From: a virus | Lineage: Duplodnaviria > Heunggongvirae > Uroviricota > Caudoviricetes | Strand: one strand, 5' to 3' | IMG/VR virus record: IMGVR_UViG_3300006139_000503 | Length of the DNA stretch: 64,000 nucleotides | Shown here: positions 28,822 to 37,822 of the stretch, one piece after another | Layout of the letters: each line of letters begins with the position of its first letter | Numbering within the stretch: position 1 is the stretch's first letter | The notes under the pieces: generated by a model | Database searches by the model: none | The model's input: only the letters and a program-made list of their open reading frames with translations | Told to the model about the DNA's origin: nothing | Program-made: the position numbers and the translations under genes

Positions 28822-29430
28822 TTACCATAGGCGGGTAATCGGTGGCTCAAACCCCCGGGCGTAACGCGGAGCGTTATACTCCCAATATATCTTCCCCCTA
28901 TGTACTTCTGGGTAATATTCCTTTAATTTCCCATTTATCTTGCTCCCCGGCCTGTATACCATTTTCATATCGGGATACATTTCCTGCATACATCTTTCTA
29001 CAATCTGGCACCCTTTAACCGCAAATTCTACCTCACGAACCCCACCCAGGTCATATTGAAATGTTAAGTTCGGTATTTTCCCATGTTTCGCCAACAATAT
29101 GTTGAACGCAACTCCGTATGGTCTGGAAATACAAAGTATATCTACACTAATGGACTCTACAACCGCATCTTCCCGGAACCTGCTCTTCCACTCATCGCCG
29201 TAAACCTCGCGCAATTCATCACTGATATAGTCCAACGTTTTCCATCTCGTATCTTCCTTCACCAACGCTTCTTCTAATTTCGTTTCCATCCCATATGTTG
29301 CTCTTATTTTAAGCTCAGTTTCCGCTATCAGCTTCTCCCGTGCCTTATTAGCATTGTCATCCGCTTTATCTTCCGTATACTTAATAAGAAGATATACCCC
29401 TATCAAAAACAAAAAGAAAAAGTTCCACAT
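28822..29430 (-). CDS. Hypothetical membrane-anchored protein
   Basis: 202 aa with an N-terminal TM helix (MWNFFFLFLIGVYLLI). Confidence 0.35.
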   Translation of the reverse strand: MWNFFFLFLIGVYLLIKYTEDKADDNANKAREKLIAETELKIRATYGMETKLEEALVKEDTRWKTLDYISDELREVYGDEWKSRFREDAVVESISVDILCISRPYGVAFNILLAKHGKIPNLTFQYDLGGVREVEFAVKGCQIVERCMQEMYPDMKMVYRPGSKINGKLKEYYPEVHRGKIYWEYNAPRYARGFEPPITRLW

Positions 29431-29438
29431 ATTCCCTC

Positions 29439-29669
29439 CTACGCCGTAGCAGCCTCAATGCACTCCTTTGCAAAATCAACCTGCTCAACCGCTTCCTCTA
29501 ATTTATTTATCGCATCTTCCATTTTCTCACACTTTTCGCTATATAAAAGATTTTCCGGCATATTATCCAGACAATCTTGCTCATCGTCAAGTGCCTTTGA
29601 TAACATGCCGGAAACTTCCCGCAGAAGACCTGCAGCATTATGCAAAAGTGCGCGCCTCTGCCTATTCAC
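29439..29669 (-). CDS. Hypothetical small protein
   Basis: 76 aa. It lies within the minus-strand operon. Confidence 0.3.
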   Translation of the reverse strand: MNRQRRALLHNAAGLLREVSGMLSKALDDEQDCLDNMPENLLYSEKCEKMEDAINKLEEAVEQVDFAKECIEAATA

Positions 29670-29681
29670 ACAGTACCCCTG

Positions 29682-30032
29682 CTATGCTTTTCTTTCCCAA
29701 ATGCTTGGGAACACAAACTCCGCCGCCATCGCACCGCTTTCAGTTGCAGCAAAGCCGAACGAAACCGCACGCTGTGCGAGCGCAAAATACTTGTGCTGCG
29801 GAGATTCAATTGTCATATCCGAAACCTCTATCTGGATACGGATTCCCATATTGGTTTCATCCACTTCGACCTCCACGGACTCCCCACCGAACTCCTCGAT
29901 AAGCCCGTCTATCGCACCGCAATATTCCTCGAAGATTTTATACTTTTCTCCGTCTGGCTGCCACAGAGCAGAAAATCTTTTGTTCGCTTCCTCAATTACA
30001 GATGATGCCACATCAAACGTCTTAACCTTCAT
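29682..30032 (-). CDS. Hypothetical protein
   Basis: 116-aa acidic protein. Its stop overlaps the next start (ATGA-type junction with 30032..30424). Confidence 0.35.
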   Translation of the reverse strand: MKVKTFDVASSVIEEANKRFSALWQPDGEKYKIFEEYCGAIDGLIEEFGGESVEVEVDETNMGIRIQIEVSDMTIESPQHKYFALAQRAVSFGFAATESGAMAAEFVFPSIWERKA

Positions 30033-30424
30033 TACTGCTCACCTCCCTGTTCCTTATTTTTCAGGCCGTGGAACGTAAAGTTCATCTGTACCGTTCCATC
30101 CGTCTTCGGGTATACCTCGAAGTTTGTTGCTAAGTTCACCGCCCTCATAAACAGCTCTGGCTTCCCGAACGAAAGCCTGCTGCCTACTACGCTTACTACG
30201 CCCAGGCTGCTAGACGGGCTGAAAAGCTCATAGGACACCTTTGCTTCTTTGCCGCCCGCCAGTGCCCGGAGTAAGTTGTATGCGTACAAAACCTCACGGA
30301 CACGCTCTGGAACTGCATCTGGAGCTTTCTGCACCTGTTCATCTACAGTGCGTGCAAAAACCTCCGCCTCTTCTGTTGACATAAAATCTGTGTTTAATAC
30401 TTTGTTTTCTAAACTCATATTCAC
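30032..30424 (-). CDS. Hypothetical protein
   Basis: 130 aa. First gene of the minus-strand block ending at 29439. Confidence 0.35.
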   Translation of the reverse strand: MNMSLENKVLNTDFMSTEEAEVFARTVDEQVQKAPDAVPERVREVLYAYNLLRALAGGKEAKVSYELFSPSSSLGVVSVVGSRLSFGKPELFMRAVNLATNFEVYPKTDGTVQMNFTFHGLKNKEQGGEQ

Positions 30425-30648
30425 CGCTCCTTTCTAGCGTAATTATACATCATTTCGTGCAATAATACTATGTAATTTGTAATTATATCACCATCCCTTC
30501 GTCATATTTACGGATTCCAGCCTTGCCTTTCCTGCAAACTGCCATTCCCTTTGATGCTCCCCACGGCTAAAGCAGAGGTACTGCATGTCCGAATAAAAAT
30601 AAATAACGCCCGCTATACCAAGCGAGCGTTACATTCCCAGTTCCTGGG

Positions 30649-31944
30649 TCAGATACAAAACGCGGCATAAAGAGGAACTGTCTTTTTCCCGTCCTCAAAG
30701 CCAAAATTTTTTGCAGAGAGCTTGATGGCATAATCAGGTTTGTAGGATTCCATATAGACCTTTAAGCTTTTGGCTCTGGTGTTGTCAGCGGATTTGACCT
30801 CAATCGGGATAAGTTTGCCCTCACGCTGAATGACAAAATCAATTTCAGCTCCACGCTCGGACTGCCAATAGTAGGTGTTATATCCTCCTATGGTAAGCTG
30901 CACATTCACATAGTTTTCCGCCATGCCCCCTTTAAAGTCGTTCAGCTCCTCCACCATATAGAGGATGTCGTTTGCAGCTAAGTCTTTCTTGGCACAAAGC
31001 AGCCCCAAGTCTGATACATAAATCTTGAACGCATCAATGTCGCGATAATTTTCAAGGGGCTTTTTAATCTGCTCCACCTTGTAGACCTGTGACACGATAC
31101 CCGACAGGCAGAGCCATTCAATGGCATTTTCAAACTCCGAAGCCCGCCCGCCTTTTTTAATCAGCTTATACTGAAAACGGGTGTTTTTCTTTGAAAGCTG
31201 CACGGTAATGTTATCGTAGGTAAACCTTGTCTTTTTGATTTCATTCAAATTATTATACTTGCTCATATCGTTGAGGTAGCTTGCAAGGATAGTGTCCTGC
31301 GTGTGGCGGACGAGGATATAGTCCTTTGTTTCGGCAAACTGTGTTACACACTCTGGCATACCGCCCACAATGAGGTACTGGCGGTAAAGCTGCATCGCCG
31401 CATCATGGAGCGCTGAGGGCAGCGGCGTGTCGGCAGCAAAGCACTTTTTAATCTGCTCCACAAGGGCGTCCTCGCCCATTGCAAGCATGAATTCCTCCAT
31501 GTCCATCGGGTACAGGGTTTTCATATCCACCTTTCCGACAGGGAAAGAGAATCTTGCCCTATTCACCGCCACGCCGAGCAGACTGCCCGCCACGATAATG
31601 TGATACTCGGGAGCATCCTCACAAAAATATTTCAACGAAGTCAACGCCCTTTCACAAAGCTGTACCTCATCAAAGACAATCAGCGTCTTTCCCCTGACAA
31701 TCGTCTGTCCTGCGATATGGGATAAAATCGGTATCAAATAATCCGGGCTGATGTTTTCCTCAAAGGTTTCATTCAGCTTGGGATTGGTTTCAAAGTTGAA
31801 ATACGCCACATTTTCATAATGGGTGCGCCCAAACTCCAGAATGGAATAGGTCTTGCCAACCTGCCTCGCTCCCTGCAAAATAAGGGGCTTGCGGCGCTCG
31901 CTTTCTTTCCACGCTTCCAAGAATCCCATAATTTTTCTATACAT
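30649..31944 (-). CDS. ATPase, AAA_14 + DUF4143 family
   Basis: Walker A LILQGARQVGKTY, Walker B LIVFDEVQ, and the typical C-terminal DUF4143 region. The start was taken at the internal ATG (MYRKIMG) with GGAGGG 7 nt upstream. Confidence 0.7.
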   Translation of the reverse strand: MYRKIMGFLEAWKESERRKPLILQGARQVGKTYSILEFGRTHYENVAYFNFETNPKLNETFEENISPDYLIPILSHIAGQTIVRGKTLIVFDEVQLCERALTSLKYFCEDAPEYHIIVAGSLLGVAVNRARFSFPVGKVDMKTLYPMDMEEFMLAMGEDALVEQIKKCFAADTPLPSALHDAAMQLYRQYLIVGGMPECVTQFAETKDYILVRHTQDTILASYLNDMSKYNNLNEIKKTRFTYDNITVQLSKKNTRFQYKLIKKGGRASEFENAIEWLCLSGIVSQVYKVEQIKKPLENYRDIDAFKIYVSDLGLLCAKKDLAANDILYMVEELNDFKGGMAENYVNVQLTIGGYNTYYWQSERGAEIDFVIQREGKLIPIEVKSADNTRAKSLKVYMESYKPDYAIKLSAKNFGFEDGKKTVPLYAAFCI

Positions 31945-32275
31945 CAATCCGCCCTCCGTGAAAATGATGACTATAACATAGCATATATTCATGTAAATAT
32001 CAATGATTTTTCTTTTAATTTTTACACTGAAATGCATGAATATTTCAGAATCCGACACGAACTGCTGGAATGTAAACGAACCTATACCGCTCCGGGCAGC
32101 CCGTACAAGTTTTCTTAATCTATGTTGGAAAGTTCTTAACAACCGGGAAATACCACATTTTCAGCCCGCATAGGAGGAATACGGTAATCCGGTTATCCCT
32201 GCCGCTTATTGTGTTTCCGATTCTTAAAAATTCAAAATCCAATGTGATTTTAGAGCCTGCGCTAACTCACCATAT

Positions 32276-33442
32276 TTATCTACACAAAGCACTTACACAT
32301 CTAGCGATTATTTCCGCACTTTGTATCACCTCCTCTACTGTATTCATTGCTGAAAATGACACCCTGACCGAACTCCTCGCCTTTTCCGGCGTGACTCCCA
32401 TTGCCAAAAGCACATGGCTCGGCTCAGACTCATGGCTTCTGCACGCAGACCCGGCCGAAACGCAGACACCGCTTGCATCAAGCATAAGCAGCAACGTTTC
32501 CCCATCTATGCCTTCAAAGCACAGATTAAGCACTTTCGCGCTTCCCCCTGGATATGCGCCATTAACAGACATCATATTATCCATCCCAGATTTACGAAGT
32601 TCCTTTGTCAATTGACTGTAAAACAGGCTTCTCAGACTGGATATCGCTTCCAGGTTTTCTTTAGCGTATTTCTTCTGGAGTTCGCAGGCTTTCCCAAACC
32701 CTACAATCCCGGCCACGTTTTCAGTGCCGCCACGTAATCCATATTCCTGCTCTCCCCCTCCGCAAATCAAAGGAGTAAGCACGCTATTATCCCTCACATA
32801 CAAAGCCCCTGCTCCTTTTGCCCCATGTATCTTATGGGATGACAGCGACAGAAAGTCACATTGGATATCATCTACATTTATCTCCTGGCATCCGGCGGCT
32901 TGTACGCAGTCCGTGTGGAACAAGATTCCCCGCTCCCCGCACATCTTCCCTATCTCCCGCACAGGGTTCACAGCACCAGTCTCGTTATTCACATACATTA
33001 CCGATACAAATCCAACCTCCTTGTTGTCAATTATCTTCTGGAGTTCCTGTGTTTTGACTACACAATTCCCATTAACTCCTAAAGTATGTATGCAAAAATC
33101 TCCCTCCGCTTTTTCCAACGACTTTGCCGCTTTTAACACGGAGTCGTGTTCCACAGCAGACACTACGACATGCTTCTTCCCTATTGCTTTCAAATAAGGG
33201 GCAGCGCCCTTTAAAGCCGTATTGTTTGCTTCGCTGCCGCCGGATGTGAAAATAATTTGCTCTGGCATCGCACCGATGAAATCAGCCACCTGCTGTCGGG
33301 CGTTCATTACAGCGTCCGCCGCATTCCTGCCAAGCCCATAGATTGTCCCGGCGTTGCCATATTCCTCTGTTAAATACGGCATCATTGCTTCCAGGACTTC
33401 TGGATAGATTTTAGTGGTTGCTGCATTATCTAAGTAAATCAC
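32276..33442 (-). CDS. Cysteine desulfurase (NifS/IscS family, PLP-dependent)
   Basis: N-terminus MIYLDNAATTKIYPEVLEAMMPYLTEEYGN. The PLP-lysine region SLSSHKIHGAKG is recognisable. The active-site Cys region (SAGSACRSHESEPSHVL) is present. 388 aa. Confidence 0.85.
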   Translation of the reverse strand: MIYLDNAATTKIYPEVLEAMMPYLTEEYGNAGTIYGLGRNAADAVMNARQQVADFIGAMPEQIIFTSGGSEANNTALKGAAPYLKAIGKKHVVVSAVEHDSVLKAAKSLEKAEGDFCIHTLGVNGNCVVKTQELQKIIDNKEVGFVSVMYVNNETGAVNPVREIGKMCGERGILFHTDCVQAAGCQEINVDDIQCDFLSLSSHKIHGAKGAGALYVRDNSVLTPLICGGGEQEYGLRGGTENVAGIVGFGKACELQKKYAKENLEAISSLRSLFYSQLTKELRKSGMDNMMSVNGAYPGGSAKVLNLCFEGIDGETLLLMLDASGVCVSAGSACRSHESEPSHVLLAMGVTPEKARSSVRVSFSAMNTVEEVIQSAEIIARCVSALCR

Positions 33443-33737
33443 ATTAACTCCTCCTCGTTTTTTCTTGAATTCGTGCCTCGGCAGTTTCTTGAAAAATAAA
33501 AATGCCTGAGCGTGTAAACTCAGGCTAAACTTTTCCTATTTGTGTAAACAAAAATTATGAGTATTAACTGCACGAGAATCGCTTTGTGGCAATGTCCACT
33601 GAAATAGCGGGTGTCGGGTTATGTCAATTGCAATCCCCGTTACAAGCGATTTTGGAAAAAGATAGCAAGTCACCAAATAATATGTTATAATTTCCCTGTT
33701 GCTCACCGATACCCGGCAACAGGGAGGAGGTGTTCAC

Positions 33738-33836
33738 ATGGAGTTCTTTGCATCTTTTTTAATCGCTGTCGCGGCTGGTGTAACTTGCCACTGCATCATC
33801 AAATGGTTAGACGGAGACGACAGGAGCAACAAATAA
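33738..33836 (+). CDS. 32-aa hydrophobic toxin-like peptide, family copy 2
   Basis: MEFFASFLIAVAAGVTCHCIIKWLDGDDRSNK. GGAGG lies 8 nt upstream. Preceded by the conserved 5'UTR hairpin gttgctcaccgatacccggcaac and an extended -10 promoter (TGtTATAAT at 33683-33691). Not in the ORF track (below 60 aa). Confidence 0.45.
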   Translation: MEFFASFLIAVAAGVTCHCIIKWLDGDDRSNK

Positions 33837-33868
33837 CCTAGTGGGTGCTTTGCCACTATAAAAGAAAA

Positions 33869-33983
33869 GAAGAATCCCCGAACTGTGGTGCAACACGGTT
33901 CGGGGATTCGTTCTTTGTTCACATGGAACTTTTGCATCTTTTTTGCCTATTGGCATTATAGCATATGCAAAAACTTTTTTCAA
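33869..33983 (-). ncRNA. Candidate convergent antisense sRNA locus for peptide copy 2 (promoter TTGAAA-17-TATAAT on minus strand plus shared terminator)
   Basis: On the minus strand: TTGAAA (33978-33983), a 17-nt spacer, TATAAT (33955-33960). The transcript would run into the bidirectional terminator gaatccccgaac...gttcggggattc (33869-33916). Confidence 0.35.
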
Positions 33984-34259
33984 TATACTTTTGGCAATGT
34001 GAACTACCCACGAGCTAAAGCTCGGTGGGTTTCCTGCTTCATCGACCTCGTAACCTACTATAAGGATATCGTTACACAAAAATTGATTATTTGAGATGTC
34101 CACAGAGATAGTGTCCTATAGAGATAGCGAGCATCGGATTCTTGTAGCCATAATCCCCTCTACATTTTTTCGTATGAATTAATTATAGAAGTTTGTCGGA
34201 TAATATGTTATAATTTTTTCGTTGCTCACCGATACCCGCAACGGGGAGGAGGTGCTTGC

Positions 34260-34358
34260 ATGGAATTTTTTATCTCTTTTTTAGTTACCGTTTTGGGAGG
34301 TGTAGCCTGCCACTACATCATCAAATGGTTAGACGGTGACGGCAAAAGCAACAAATAG
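34260..34358 (+). CDS. 32-aa hydrophobic toxin-like peptide, family copy 3
   Basis: MEFFISFLVTVLGGVACHYIIKWLDGDGKSNK. Same SD, 5'UTR hairpin (gttgctcaccgatacccgcaac) and extended -10 promoter as copy 2. Confidence 0.45.
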   Translation: MEFFISFLVTVLGGVACHYIIKWLDGDGKSNK

Positions 34359-34391
34359 CCTAGTGGGTGCTTTGCCACTATAAAAGAAAAG

Positions 34392-34507
34392 AAGAATCCT
34401 CAGACGGTACTGCCATACCAATCTGGGGATTCGTTTCTTTTGCCCACATGGACTTTTTATCTCTTTTTGCCTATTGGCATTATAGCATATGTGAAAACCT
34501 TTTTCAA
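34392..34507 (-). ncRNA. Candidate convergent antisense sRNA locus for peptide copy 3
   Basis: On the minus strand: TTGAAA (34502-34507), a 17-nt spacer, TATAAT (34479-34484). It reads into the terminator hairpin at about 34392-34438. Confidence 0.35.
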
Positions 34508-34535
34508 TATGCCCTTATCAAAAAATTATCCTTAT

Positions 34536-34672
34536 CAAATTGACCCTCTCACGACTGAAGTCGTAAGATTCCTGCTTCATCGACTTCGTAACCTCCATCT
34601 CCACAGGCGTAACTTTCCGTCATTCCAACGGTAGATATATTTTTTAGACTGATGACAACCTCAATCCTTCAT
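34536..34672. repeat. ~137-bp structured repeat, copy A (second copy at 51963-52100, ~90% identity)
   Basis: Shared sequence caaattga(a/c)cctctcacga.tgaagtcgt.agattcctgcttcatcgacttcgtaacctccatctccacaggcgtaactttccgtc.ttccaacggtagatatat...ctgatgacaacctcaatccttcat. It contains mutually exclusive hairpins (ctcacga..tcgtgag versus gaagtcg..cgacttc). Confidence 0.6.
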
Positions 34673-34810
34673 GTCTAAAGCCACGAGTATTCTTGACATA
34701 CTTCATAAAATGCAAAAAGTAACTGTCCTCAACCTAGTAAACTGAGCCATAGAAAACAAAAAAAGTCCCCCACCACCGAAACGAATCCAGTGATAAGGAA
34801 CTTTCCCATT

Positions 34811-35170
34811 CTAAAAGACTATTTTATCTTTAATCTTCTGACGTTGTTGCTCGGTTAATATTGAATTTTCGACTAATGAATAGTTATCATGTAGCCATTC
34901 ATTAGTTTTTCTTCTGAAATACTCCGCTGGTTGTACTATTTGTGCTGTTCTGAAATCGAGTTTTCCCTGCGTAAAATCACTGCTCATAAATCTATTTGCT
35001 CCATCACCAGTTATCAATAGCTGGTCAATTAAGACTTTTTCATTAACTCCGTCCTGAACAAGTACATGCTCGATATTATTGATATAGGTTAGCAGACTTT
35101 CAAATGAAAGACACAGAATTAGTCTGCCATATCCTTCGCCACTAGTTTTGATAATAGTATATTCATTCAT
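34811..35170 (-). CDS. Hypothetical protein
   Basis: Start chosen at the internal ATG (MNEYTIIKTSGEGYG) with AGAGGAGAG upstream. 119 aa. It is divergent from the small-peptide promoter at 35250. Confidence 0.35.
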   Translation of the reverse strand: MNEYTIIKTSGEGYGRLILCLSFESLLTYINNIEHVLVQDGVNEKVLIDQLLITGDGANRFMSSDFTQGKLDFRTAQIVQPAEYFRRKTNEWLHDNYSLVENSILTEQQRQKIKDKIVF

Positions 35171-35249
35171 GACAGACTCTCCTCTCTTATCTACTTTACT
35201 GTTCCGAACCAATTAGAGCTAGACATTTTTTGTTCCTTCAAATAATAAA

Positions 35250-35278
35250 TTGACAATATATGGAATGTTTTGTAGAAT
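35250..35278 (+). promoter_or_regulatory. Consensus sigma-A promoter TTGACA-17-TAGAAT
   Basis: TTGACA (35250-35255), a 17-nt spacer, TAGAAT (35273-35278). It drives a ~110-nt structured leader and the 36-aa peptide gene. Confidence 0.55.
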
Positions 35279-35390
35279 GTACATAGGTTCTACCTAAGCA
35301 CGGTAGGACGGTTTGTCTTCCATCAGCGAGAACAAGCTCTGTTTACATAGAAACCTTTCGAGGAATCTACGAAAGGAGGACACTTTGCAT

Positions 35391-35501
35391 ATGATAACAA
35401 TTTCGCTACAATCTATTTATTACACGTTAGGTATTGCCAGTATTTTATGTGGTGCTGCATACAAATTAGGTTATGAGATTGGTAAGAATGCAAGAAAGTA
35501 A
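35391..35501 (+). CDS. 36-aa hydrophobic peptide (second toxin-like / bacteriocin-like family)
   Basis: MITISLQSIYYTLGIASILCGAAYKLGYEIGKNARK. The SD aaaggagga lies 9 nt upstream, and part of it pairs in the hairpin cctttcg...cgaaagg (possible SD sequestration). A 10-bp hairpin aagtaactgt...acagttactt spans the stop codon. A degenerate partial copy of the gene's 3' end occurs at about 34700-34745. Confidence 0.4.
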   Translation: MITISLQSIYYTLGIASILCGAAYKLGYEIGKNARK

Positions 35502-35891
35502 CTGTCCTCAGCCTGGTAAACTGAACAGTTACTTTCTTAGTATTGTAACATAGTAATTTTTCAAGGCAAACCATTCTGCTCTAGGTAGTACCTTGCTAAA
35601 TAGAAATGACTTCCATGACCGCCGCTCACCAAAATCCGGTCATTAATGTGTTATAGTATAATTAATTCTATAGCCGTCAAAACCTCTTTGGCTCACAAGC
35701 ATCTAACGGATAATTGCCTGTTTTAATAGTAAATTTCTTTCTATGCTCACTATTTTAAAACAAATCTATGTCATTGTCAATAGATTAATCCATATTTGTA
35801 TCCCATAGCTCAACTACTTGATATATGAACATGTATTGGCTCTAGTGGCTTATTCTCATTTGTCCAAAAATAAACCCAGTACGAGCCAAAC

Positions 35892-36164
35892 CTAAAAATT
35901 CGAGGCATTATCAAATCCCCCTTCCTGCGAAAATTCCAAAATTAGATGAGCCGTTGACTCAATGATTTCCTGAAAACGCTGGATATCCGCATCTGAATAT
36001 GCATATACGTCTTCCCATTTATATCCGGGAAGCCAGCAAGTAGCATGTCGAAAACACACCTTTTCATCCGGCGTTTCCATATATACTTTTACTCTTCCGT
36101 CCGGCTTCATTTCAGAATGTGTAATCTCTGTGTCATCGTCAAGTGTCATATATGGATACATCAT
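35892..36164 (-). CDS. Hypothetical protein
   Basis: 90-aa ORF upstream of the integrase region. Confidence 0.3.
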   Translation of the reverse strand: MMYPYMTLDDDTEITHSEMKPDGRVKVYMETPDEKVCFRHATCWLPGYKWEDVYAYSDADIQRFQEIIESTAHLILEFSQEGGFDNASNF

Positions 36165-36375
36165 AGCATTCCCCTCCGATATTTGCCAATATTACCCGTC
36201 CATTTCCTTCCTTGACATTATACCATTTGCTCATCATAAAAGCCACCAAATTTTCTTTTTCACCTATCTTCCTCCCGAACTGGAACAAATTTAATCCAGT
36301 TCCACAAATTCTTTCATTTGTTCTTCCGCCGCTCCTTCCCATGCTTTATCGCTTTATTTAGGCTCATCACATCAC

Positions 36376-37191
36376 CTACCCTGTCTGGCTTTCTACTTCT
36401 ACGATACTGCTATCCATGAGATAATTCCTGCGCATCCCACCTAAATTCAGATTCCGGTAGGCTTCCTCAATCTCTTCCGACGTAATTCCGATATAATCCA
36501 ATGTCTGCGCAGGCGATGAGTGGTTCAGCATTTTCTGGAGCAGAAGCAGCTTCCTGCTGTCATTATGGGACATCAGCATCTGGTGGTAGCAAAATGTCTT
36601 CCGCAGCGTATGTGTTGACACCTTTACGTTCAAGCTTAAATCCTTCGCAATTCCCTTTAAAATCCGGTCAATTGACTGAACAGAAAGCGGGGTGTTCGTG
36701 TTCCCGCCGCGATTTGACTCGCTTCGGAACATATAATCACTTAACGCTACCCCCGGCGTATTCTTCAAATACAAAGTGACCGCTTCTATTACCGCCGTGT
36801 TGATGGTAATATACCGGTTCTTCTTTCTTTTTCTTGTGTTCCTTGTTTTCTTTTCAAATACCGGGAAACTGTCGCGGTATGTGAAGTTTTCGTTTATCAA
36901 ATTGGAAAAACGCAACATCCTCAAATCGCTCACCCGTAGCCCAAAGTTAATTCCGACGATAAACAGCATGTTATCCCTATATCTCCCATTTTGGATAAGA
37001 AACTCTGACACTGTATAGATATCATCCAGGTTCTTAATCGGCTCTGCCGCATGTTCTGGTGCCAGCTCGCAACGGACTTCTTCTGTCGCCGGGGCAATAA
37101 GGCCTGCGGCAGACTGGGCACTGCCCTTCTGCAGTGCCTGCACATCAATTGTCTTTGCCTTAATATCCCCTATGCTTATTATTTTCCCCAT
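36376..37191 (-). CDS. Tyrosine recombinase / phage integrase family protein
   Basis: C-terminal catalytic region has HTLRKTFCYHQ (R, H-x-x-R) and LNHSSPAQTLDYIGI (nucleophilic Tyr context). 271 aa. Confidence 0.75.
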   Translation of the reverse strand: MGKIISIGDIKAKTIDVQALQKGSAQSAAGLIAPATEEVRCELAPEHAAEPIKNLDDIYTVSEFLIQNGRYRDNMLFIVGINFGLRVSDLRMLRFSNLINENFTYRDSFPVFEKKTRNTRKRKKNRYITINTAVIEAVTLYLKNTPGVALSDYMFRSESNRGGNTNTPLSVQSIDRILKGIAKDLSLNVKVSTHTLRKTFCYHQMLMSHNDSRKLLLLQKMLNHSSPAQTLDYIGITSEEIEEAYRNLNLGGMRRNYLMDSSIVEVESQTG

Positions 37192-37233
37192 CCGCTGCCT
37201 CCCCTAGATTATCATTTACCGCTCCTATATAGC

Positions 37234-37476
37234 TTACGCAACAACAAATTCATCGACCTGCTCTATGTACTTTGCAATGCACGCACTGTCAGCCTTCCCA
37301 TTGGTTTCGAATTGCAACTCCATTGGCTTTGTCAGGTCAACGCTGAAAATCCCCATAATGGACTTCGCGTCAACAATATACCTGCCAGCTTTCAGGCTTA
37401 CTTCCGTATCAAATCTGGAGGTAATGCTTACGAATTTCCTTACTTTCTCAATTGAATCCAACAAAACTTTACACAT
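37234..37476 (-). CDS. HPr-like phosphocarrier-fold protein
   Basis: 80 aa. The segment KSIMGIFSVDLTKPMELQFETNG aligns with the HPr core KSIMGVMSLG. The N-terminal His-15 region is not clearly conserved. Confidence 0.45.
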   Translation of the reverse strand: MCKVLLDSIEKVRKFVSITSRFDTEVSLKAGRYIVDAKSIMGIFSVDLTKPMELQFETNGKADSACIAKYIEQVDEFVVA

Positions 37477-37534
37477 GATTTTCTTCTCCTTTACATTCTT
37501 GCTATTTTTAATTCCCGAAAATCAATGATTTCCA

Positions 37535-37565
37535 GAATGGAGCTGAGGGAATCGAACCCCTGCTT
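37535..37565 (-). other. tRNA 3'-end-like fragment (T-arm + acceptor 3' strand) upstream of the tyrosine integrase; possible att-site remnant
   Basis: The minus strand reads gcaggGGTTCGATTCCctcagctcca. No matching 5' acceptor strand or other arms are found upstream, so it is not an intact tRNA. Confidence 0.35.
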
Positions 37566-37822
37566 AAAAAAACATTACTTACTATGAACTTTTACGCCGT
37601 CACGGGATATGTCAACCTTACCCACCACTCTGTTCCGCGACCTACTGTATACAGAGAACCGCTATGGATTCCGCTTGTTCTCAACCTCAACTCTTACCAG
37701 CGGCATCTGGGAGTATTTCGGTGCAACAAACAGGGCAATAGCATTCGCCTGATTGCGCTTGTTTGAGCTTTGATGATTACATCACTCTGGCGAATCATAG
37801 TATTGATGTTTTGCCAATCCAC

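Noticed and set aside
33738-34358. AgrD-like cyclic autoinducing peptide precursors
   Set aside because: There is no conserved proline-containing C-terminal recognition tail and no agrB-like gene nearby. The peptides are only 32 aa, and the convergent antisense promoters fit the type I toxin pattern better.
33611-34634. Track ORFs 33734..33937(-), 33807..34103(-), 33885..34094(+), 34440..34634(+) as genes
   Set aside because: They lie across terminators, antisense promoters and the 137-bp repeat. They have no SD-linked starts. Their similarity to other loci is explained by nucleotide-level repeats.
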